A DNA stretch of 27,976 bases from Deltaproteobacteria bacterium (GTDB lineage: Bacteria > Desulfobacterota > RBG-13-43-22). Positions within the stretch are counted from its first letter, which is position 1, and each line of letters begins with the position of its first letter. The translations under genes and the position numbers were made by a program. Under the pieces are notes generated by a model that was given only the letters and a program-made list of their open reading frames with translations, ran no database searches and had not been told where the DNA came from. Below, piece after piece: positions 1 through 6,327 of the stretch. Location: assembly GCA_016219225.1 (NCBI GenBank), contig JACRBX010000262.1, positions 1 through 27,976 of the forward strand. The letters run 5' to 3'.

Positions 1-84
1 CCTGCGGCTGCCTATCGAGAGGCCTCTCTGCGTCGATATTATCCATGCGTCTGTTATGGTACGCCATCTCTGTTGCCGAACAAG

Positions 85-2070
85 CTATTGAACAGATTTC
101 TGAATAATATCATTAAATTTCGGCATATTCAGAGGCATGGTTGGGTCCATGGTCCTCTCTTTGATTGCCAGCGCCCTGCGAAAGAGAGTCTCTGCACCGT
201 CGTAATCCCCTTTGGATTGAAGGAGTACGGCCAGGTTGTTCAGGCTTTGGGCTGTAGCGGGGTGATCGGGACCGGATTGTTGCTCGTTCATTGCCAATAA
301 AAACCTGACAAATGGAATGGCCTCGTTATATCGCGCTCTGGCATGAAGACAACCATAGAGCCCTACCAAAAGTTTGCTATTAAGCCGTTCATTGGGGCGC
401 ATATTCTGATGTGACCAAAGAGCCTCAGCATGGGGGAATAGAACCTCCCATGCAGGCCAGTTCTCAAATTCAAAAGCCGGATAGGGGGCGAACGTTGTCA
501 GAAGGGCGGTCGATTTATCGATCACTTCATCCTTGATGGAAGACGTAATCTGGTGCCGCTCCACTGCCTGCACCAGGCCGTGGACGGAGAATCCTTCAAG
601 GGCTTCTGGCCTTATCATGGAGTAGCGGATCAGGGCCTCCTTCCATTCACGGAGTTCAATTTCATCCGGCTCAGGAATATTATCATCGCCAGAGAGACGG
701 GCCTGTTCAGCCACGATGGATGCGCCATGGAGAACCATAGCAAAGGGAATGGGCGTAGGTGCCATAAATGAGGTGAGCCTGAGTATGGCCCGGGATCCTG
801 GAGGGAGTTGGTCAATGGTTGTGCGCCAGGTATTAAAGACGGCGTCAGGATACTCCGTTGCACCTTTGGTGCCCTTGGCAAGCAGTCTTCGTTCATTTTC
901 GGCCTTCTCATAAAGGGTTAAATATTTTCTATATCCGAACCCCTGACCCTGCCCTTTGTTCTGAATCTCTATATAGGCTGCGGCCTGCTCAAGGGCGAGG
1001 GGCAGATATCCGAGTTTGCCTGCCAGCTCATCACAGGCCGTCTTATCGTCCCCGGTCAGGTTCTCCCATTCGAGATGGGCCCGTTTGAGCAGCAACTCCC
1101 GCGCCGGTTCCTTATCGAGGACCCAGACCGGGGTCTGTTCAATGCCGGTCTCCCAGTCCGTGAAGCGGGAAGTGATGATAGTATGACAGTTGCCTGTTTT
1201 GGGAAGCCAGGAAAGGATTGTATTTTCATCAACCGCATCGTCAAAGATGACCAGCCGGAGGGGTGCGTCGAGGCGCTTAAGCTCTCTCAGTACTGAAGCG
1301 GCCTTCTCATCCTCCTTCAATCCTTCGCCGGTCCTTTCCGGGAACAGGAGTGGGTAGAGACCTGCCATCTCCGTGACCACGCCGGCCTTACAGCTTATCC
1401 AGAACATCTGGCGGTAACAGCGCCAGAATTTTTCTGCATACTCCCGGGCTAAGGTAGTCTTGCCAACCCCGCCCAGCGCGGTAACGGCCTGGATATGTCC
1501 CTGGGTCAGAGTGGTGGTGGGATTGGTAAAAAGCCTTTCATGTATCTCATCCATCAGGGCCTCACGACCCACAAAGTTCGGGTTATGGGAAAAGCGGAGG
1601 TGGGCTACCCTCTGCTCTTTCACCTCAGGGAGTGGGGCAGCAAGTAGTTTCCGCAGGGCCTCAAAGAGTACTGGCCATCGGTCTGAGGTGTCTTTTCCGG
1701 TTAGATCAATGACATCCCCTTGAAACCTAAGGAGAGGAGGAGTAAAGACCTCCTCAAGGGTACCCTCGAATACCAATGGGATGATCGCTTCGGCGCCATA
1801 GGTCTCGTACTTCGTCCATTCCTTCGTTTTCCAGCGCGGGGTGAGAACGGGAATAACGATCCGGCTGTTCTCACAACCAGCCTCGATCTCCCGATGCCAG
1901 TCGCAGCCGGGATCCAGGCGCTTCTTATCGAACCAAATCCTGGGATTTTTGGGGTCATCGCCGTTGAAACCGGCGGCGACAAGGCGGTCGTAGAGTTGTT
2001 GCGCCATGGATAGATCGTTAGAGGAGTAACTAATAAAAATGTCGTAGGTTTGATTAGCTTGATCAGACAT
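85..2070 (-). CDS. TIR-NB-ARC (STAND NTPase)-TPR protein, NLR-like
   Basis: 661-aa ORF. The N-terminus has a TIR-type strand (YDIFISYSSND) and a candidate catalytic Glu in TKEW. NB-ARC motifs: P-loop GGVGKTTLA, Walker B LVIFDDA, TSR and LPLAL (GLPL-like). The C-terminus has only ~2-3 TPR_12-like repeats (GPDHPATAQSLNNLAVLLQSKGDYDGAETLFRRALAI). Confidence 0.85.
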   Translation of the reverse strand: MSDQANQTYDIFISYSSNDLSMAQQLYDRLVAAGFNGDDPKNPRIWFDKKRLDPGCDWHREIEAGCENSRIVIPVLTPRWKTKEWTKYETYGAEAIIPLVFEGTLEEVFTPPLLRFQGDVIDLTGKDTSDRWPVLFEALRKLLAAPLPEVKEQRVAHLRFSHNPNFVGREALMDEIHERLFTNPTTTLTQGHIQAVTALGGVGKTTLAREYAEKFWRCYRQMFWISCKAGVVTEMAGLYPLLFPERTGEGLKEDEKAASVLRELKRLDAPLRLVIFDDAVDENTILSWLPKTGNCHTIITSRFTDWETGIEQTPVWVLDKEPARELLLKRAHLEWENLTGDDKTACDELAGKLGYLPLALEQAAAYIEIQNKGQGQGFGYRKYLTLYEKAENERRLLAKGTKGATEYPDAVFNTWRTTIDQLPPGSRAILRLTSFMAPTPIPFAMVLHGASIVAEQARLSGDDNIPEPDEIELREWKEALIRYSMIRPEALEGFSVHGLVQAVERHQITSSIKDEVIDKSTALLTTFAPYPAFEFENWPAWEVLFPHAEALWSHQNMRPNERLNSKLLVGLYGCLHARARYNEAIPFVRFLLAMNEQQSGPDHPATAQSLNNLAVLLQSKGDYDGAETLFRRALAIKERTMDPTMPLNMPKFNDIIQKSVQ

Positions 2071-2162
2071 AAGGCTGAATCCTTTGAGTTGCGGTCCCAG
2101 TAGTGGTTCCTTCGTTACTCATGGTGTACTCCTTCGTGGGTGTCGCGTTATCTTCGAATAGG

Positions 2163-2984
2163 TTATTCCATGTCTCTCAGCAAATCACCCAGCACCATGA
2201 TCGGCTTCCAGTAGATGCCCCGCTTGAATTTTTCAACATCCATCTGAAGCCCGATGGTGTTCTGCATTATTTTGAGTTTGCTGTCGATACTACAAACGGG
2301 GCGCCATGAGCAACGGCAACCCTCGTGCAGGCCATTGGTAAAAACCGCCGGCTCAATGGTCTCCCACTCCTCGGCGGTGCGGACCAGGCTGAGGTGTTTT
2401 AGGCAGGGCCTGCACAGTCGGTCGTCGACGGGTCCGGTCATCAGAAAGAGTCCCCCATCGGCCGAGAAATCCACATCTTTAGTCTGGCGACTCTCTTTGC
2501 CGTTCACGTCCATCCGCCCGTGCCAGTACCAGGGCTTTCTTAGATCCGTCTCGGGCTTGGCCGCCACCCCGAGCCACCAAGCGGCTCGCTCCAGGTCCTT
2601 GGGAACCCCCTGGCCCTTTTCATACATCCGTCCGAGGCACTCCTGGGCCGCCCTGTGTCCCCCCGTGGAAGCCAGGGAGAATCGCTTGAAGGCCTTCGCG
2701 TAGTTTTTGGACACACCTTCTCCCTTCAAGTACATGAGGCCCAGCCGGTAATCGGCAGTACGGCAGATACTATTGGCAGCCAGGCGTCGATACCACCTGG
2801 CCGCCTCGGCGAAATTCTGGGTTACTCCCTCGCCCTTCCTATACATCTCCCCCAGGGTGAACTGAGCCCAGGCGTCACCCTGTTTGGCCTGCCGCCGGAG
2901 GCTTTTCAAGTCACTCTTGGTTCGATTCAAGGTACCGGCTCCAGCGTCACGAATCTCATCATCGGGAACATTCCTGCCAGTCAA
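2163..2984 (-). CDS. Sel1-like repeat (SLR) protein with a C-terminal MuF/SPP1-gp7-like Cys/His module
   Basis: There are at least three Sel1 repeats (AQFTLGEMYRKGEGVTQNFAEAARWY; LGLMYLKGEGVSKNYAKAFKRF; LGRMYEKGQGVPKDLERAAWW). The C-terminal DDRLCRPCLKHL...LHEGCRCSWRPV resembles the D-x-R-V-R-P-x-H ... N-C-R-C signature of Phage_Mu_F (PF04233). The only in-frame start is TTG at 2984, since the first ATG lies inside a repeat, so the start is uncertain. Confidence 0.7.
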   Translation of the reverse strand: MTGRNVPDDEIRDAGAGTLNRTKSDLKSLRRQAKQGDAWAQFTLGEMYRKGEGVTQNFAEAARWYRRLAANSICRTADYRLGLMYLKGEGVSKNYAKAFKRFSLASTGGHRAAQECLGRMYEKGQGVPKDLERAAWWLGVAAKPETDLRKPWYWHGRMDVNGKESRQTKDVDFSADGGLFLMTGPVDDRLCRPCLKHLSLVRTAEEWETIEPAVFTNGLHEGCRCSWRPVCSIDSKLKIMQNTIGLQMDVEKFKRGIYWKPIMVLGDLLRDME

Positions 2985-3093
2985 GCAATATGATTTCTTC
3001 CATTTCTCATCCTAAGGTTTTACCTAATGCTTTTACCGCAGAGTCGCAAAGAGCGCAGAGGAGATTTTTTTTTGCTTTCCGTTGAGAGGGCGG

Positions 3094-3141
3094 AAAACAA
3101 AAAGAGCTCGTTCCATTTGCCTGCCTCTCACAGGCAAATGG
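3094..3141 (-). terminator. Terminator-like stem-loop downstream of the RyR operon
   Basis: On the minus strand: CCATTTGCCTG-tgagagg-CAGGCAAATGG, an 11-bp perfect stem at 3113-3141. It is followed after 9 nt by CTCTTTTTGTTTT. The spacer before the U-tract is non-canonical. Confidence 0.4.
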
Positions 3142-3256
3142 AAAATCTCTAACTTAGCGTACTCGGCGTCTCGAACGAGTCCTGTTTTTATTAAGACGAG
3201 TGGGCGGTGAAATTGTTTTTTATAGTGCAACCTATTTTATGTTCTCGGTAGTAATT

Positions 3257-3544
3257 CTATACCTTCTCTATCCCATACCCCAATCCCACTATCACCTTCA
3301 ATGTCTCCATGGCCGTCATCCGGTCGTATTCTTTCTCCGACTCGAGCAGGTCAGCGTAGGGGATAAGGTCCGGGTGTTTCTTGGTTTTATCGTCTCTCTC
3401 CGGCCCCCAGGTCCAGCCTTCACTCATCCGCTGTTTTGACCAGATCTCATGAGTATTCTCGGCCAGGTGTTCCGTCAGTTCCACGAGGTCGTTGGTAAGG
3501 GTGACTTTTGATGTGTCAATGGGTTTCGGTGTGTATGCATTCAT
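3257..3544 (-). CDS. Stand-alone RyR-domain protein
   Basis: LAENTHEIWSKQRMSEGWTWGPERDDKTKKHPDLIPYADLLESEKEYDRMTAMETLKVIVGLGY matches the RyR repeat signature (PF02026). The ORF opens at TTG 3595. I prefer ATG 3544 because AAGAGGA lies just upstream. Confidence 0.8.
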   Translation of the reverse strand: MNAYTPKPIDTSKVTLTNDLVELTEHLAENTHEIWSKQRMSEGWTWGPERDDKTKKHPDLIPYADLLESEKEYDRMTAMETLKVIVGLGYGIEKV

Positions 3545-3575
3545 AAGTCCTCTTTTCTCTGTCCACCCGTATTCT

Positions 3576-6203
3576 TCACTTCTCGATAAAGACAATCTTC
3601 ATTCCCGCCTCACGGGCGAAATCAGGATAATGCCGGATCGTGTCACGGTCCTTGCCCTTATCTTTATCGCTTAATTTCGAGAACGGGATCAAACAGTCAT
3701 GTTGCTTCTTCTCGTCATCTCGCTTAGGATTGTAGCACCACCCCTTTTCAAGATGCCAGATCATCCAACCCTCATGCTCAGCTTCCGCCAGGGCCAAGAG
3801 ATAGTATTCCAAATGCTGTTTCACCTTATCTTCTTCTGCAGCGCTTGCCGTCCCTTCAACGAGGGTCAGCCCGATAAGGGCCAGCAAATTCAACATCCGT
3901 TTAGCTGCGGCGCGGTTGGATTCCTGAAAGAAGGGAGATAAATTTCCAAAATCCTTGTCGGTTTCAGGTTTCGACCATCCTTCCTTTTTCCCTAAGGCCC
4001 GGAAGGTTTCGCTTATGGCTGGGGCAATTTGTTTGATCTGCTCCATGGTCAAACGTGCTTCAGGGGAAAATATTTTGGGAGCATTAGAGCAAAGGAAAAT
4101 AAACTCTTCCGCATTCGTGTGCATCTCCAATTGGTTTAAGGGCATTAGCAGGGATCGGTGCAGCGTCCCTGGCCGAGCAGCAGCAAAGGGCTGGAGGGCT
4201 TTACCTAGGGATCGGGATCCGTGCATATACTCTTTCACGTGGAGCAAAGCATGGGCTAATCCCTCGTCAATCTCAAGCTTGTCGTCCTTTCCACATTTAA
4301 GCTCGGAGCGGCCCATGAGAGCACGCCGGATAGGGAAGAAGGTATCTGTCGGATCGGTGATAAAGTCATGTCCTCCAACCTTTTCAATCTGCTCCTCCAC
4401 ACTGCTGCCGGGCTTAAGATGAATTTTACGTTGATTTGGCCCAATAACGTCTAAGTAGGCATCAATCCGACTCTTGAAATCAGACCCCTTGGCAAGACGA
4501 AAATCATTATACGCCTGAACATCCACACCACTTATCTTTGATGGATCAGGCGGCCCGAAGGTTTCGAAGGTCCAGCTTGTCCCTCCGGCAAAGACAAAAA
4601 TACATTTCCCCAGGGTATGGGTGAGTTGACCTTCCTGGAATTTACCATCCTGCATGGGGGCAAGAAGATACTGGAGCCATCTGAATTTTTGGGAATCAAA
4701 CTCATCGAAAAAGGCAACCGGCAGTTGCCCCTGCAGGACTCGGTCACGGATCTGGTGAAAGGCGCCAATGAGATCGTCAGGAGAATTAAACTGAGAAAGG
4801 TTAAATTCCAACCAACCGTCTAAGGTTACCGTGCTGGCAGCGATTTCTTTCACAGCAAAAGATTTACCGGCGCCAGGAGGACCGAATACCCCGATAGAGA
4901 GGGGCTTCTTTCCTGATTCCTTTTTGTCTTCGTATCGTCGAATTACTTCTAATAGAGAGCGATAGGCTTCCATCTCTGTCCGGTCGGCTGTAAAAAGCTT
5001 GCCAATGCTGAGATGCGGCAGGCTTTCCAAAGCAATAGGACCGCGCAGAAGAACAAGCCGGGCCAGATCGAATACCGGCTTGAGCTGTGATTGACGGAGA
5101 ATACTCCAGGTCGAATCCGCCGGAGGGGATGAAGAATACACTGCCCTGGAATACAGGGTTCCAGGATGTTTTATTACTCCTGCCAGCCTCTTTGACGGGA
5201 ACCCCTGGGGTTCCTCTCCGGCAGGGCCATGCCCTTTTTCTCTGAGGTCTCTCATGGCGGCCAGCCCGCCCTCAAGGGCAGAGGCTATGTCAGGGATTTC
5301 AAGATTATCGGATAGCCGCCATGCCACGGCCGCTGCAAGACAGGAGAGAAACCCGAATCCTTTCCCCTCGGTCTTATATGAATGCTCCCCTTCGATACTG
5401 CCGGCGTTATGGATCAAATGGATGTAGGCTTTGGACAGTTCGGTTCCATCAGTAAGATCGATCCAGAGAGCGCCCTCCGATTCGAAGGTGATAATGAGAT
5501 GTCTGCATTTCACGAGATTGGGCAGAACACCCTCAGGTCTCAGTTCACGAAGTACCCCTTCAATGGTTTCTTCCCACGACAAACCAGCATGGAGTCTGGC
5601 CGGTGACTTACGCAATTCATGGGCGGACATGATCACGATCAGTTTGTTACGGTGGTTTATGGTGAGGTGGTCCCAGAGCTCTTCAACCCCCACCGGCGAT
5701 GTTGTCTTCAGGACTATCCACCGGGCTGTGGTAAGCCTCTCCTTCTGCCAGTTTTCTGGGCAATCCCTGAAACCCATCCCTCCTTCGGAGATGACCATGA
5801 TCTCGGGGCTTTCCGGTAGATCCGCCGCAATAGGCCATTGAACGCAACTTTTCTCTCCGTCATTAAAACCGAAGCCCATGGCCTCGCTGACCCGCCAGAA
5901 CTGGCGATCAGGAGAAATACCTTTTGGAAAAGGACGCCAGTACGCGTAGGCATGTTCGGCATTATTAAGGCCGAATGCCGCATCATTAGGCATGGCATCC
6001 TGAACAGTAAGACGGGAGGTCCACCCTTGCTTGTTCCCCTGAAGCAGCTCCTTCAGTATGCCTTGAACCAGGGCAGCTCCACCTATTTCCGGTTTTACCT
6101 TTACCCCGACCCTGGGCCTTTGTGCATAATGAAAACGTCGTCCTTCATAGACATGCTGGTCAATGATGAAATCACCTGTTACGAGAATGGCGTTGGCAGT
6201 CAT
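3576..6203 (-). CDS. PfkB/ribokinase-like domain - AAA+ ATPase - 2x RyR domain fusion protein
   Basis: The N-terminal ~400 aa align by eye to HldE/RfaE-type PfkB kinases (ILVTGDFIIDQHVY, EIGGAALV, IMVISEGGMG, HLIITFESEGALWID). The GAGD anion-hole motif is replaced by GKGF. The AAA module has Walker A GPPGAGKS and Walker B VAFFDEFD. The C-terminal RyR repeat is EHEGWMIWHLEKGWCYNPKRDDEKKQHDCLIPFSKLSDKDKGKDRDT, preceded by a weaker RyR-like repeat. The ORF extends to ATG 6335 (919 aa), but ATG 6203 has AAGGAG plus a 6-nt spacer and starts exactly at the PfkB first strand. Confidence 0.8.
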   Translation of the reverse strand: MTANAILVTGDFIIDQHVYEGRRFHYAQRPRVGVKVKPEIGGAALVQGILKELLQGNKQGWTSRLTVQDAMPNDAAFGLNNAEHAYAYWRPFPKGISPDRQFWRVSEAMGFGFNDGEKSCVQWPIAADLPESPEIMVISEGGMGFRDCPENWQKERLTTARWIVLKTTSPVGVEELWDHLTINHRNKLIVIMSAHELRKSPARLHAGLSWEETIEGVLRELRPEGVLPNLVKCRHLIITFESEGALWIDLTDGTELSKAYIHLIHNAGSIEGEHSYKTEGKGFGFLSCLAAAVAWRLSDNLEIPDIASALEGGLAAMRDLREKGHGPAGEEPQGFPSKRLAGVIKHPGTLYSRAVYSSSPPADSTWSILRQSQLKPVFDLARLVLLRGPIALESLPHLSIGKLFTADRTEMEAYRSLLEVIRRYEDKKESGKKPLSIGVFGPPGAGKSFAVKEIAASTVTLDGWLEFNLSQFNSPDDLIGAFHQIRDRVLQGQLPVAFFDEFDSQKFRWLQYLLAPMQDGKFQEGQLTHTLGKCIFVFAGGTSWTFETFGPPDPSKISGVDVQAYNDFRLAKGSDFKSRIDAYLDVIGPNQRKIHLKPGSSVEEQIEKVGGHDFITDPTDTFFPIRRALMGRSELKCGKDDKLEIDEGLAHALLHVKEYMHGSRSLGKALQPFAAARPGTLHRSLLMPLNQLEMHTNAEEFIFLCSNAPKIFSPEARLTMEQIKQIAPAISETFRALGKKEGWSKPETDKDFGNLSPFFQESNRAAAKRMLNLLALIGLTLVEGTASAAEEDKVKQHLEYYLLALAEAEHEGWMIWHLEKGWCYNPKRDDEKKQHDCLIPFSKLSDKDKGKDRDTIRHYPDFAREAGMKIVFIEK

Positions 6204-6327
6204 GACGATCTCCTTTGATTGGAAATGATATTCGGTTTCTTTATGATGGAAAAGATCACCGATTGGTGGGGCATCAGAGAGGGCTTCTCCATTTTTATTA
6301 TTTGGGTATGTGTGTAATGAACGTTGG

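Noticed and set aside
1-67. A possible 5' end of another minus-strand gene (ATG at 67, MAYHNRRMDNIDAERPLDRQPQ...) that runs off the window.
   Set aside because: Only 22 codons are visible, with a weak SD and no recognisable motif. That is not enough to call it.
85-200. A suspicion that the TIR-NB-ARC-TPR gene is 3'-truncated or frameshifted, because the TPR array is short.
   Set aside because: The last residues (DPTMPLNMPKFNDII) still follow the TPR_12 pattern (GPDHPxTAxSLNNLA) in degenerate form. The other two frames downstream show no TPR continuation, so a natural terminus is the simpler reading.
3033-3230. A 65-aa basic ORF in the spacer between the two NLR modules. I also considered a retron-like or other ncRNA here.
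   Set aside because: The ORF has a TTG start and no SD, and its sequence is dictated by stem-loops. No reverse transcriptase or other ncRNA partner gene is nearby, so a retron-type interpretation has no support.
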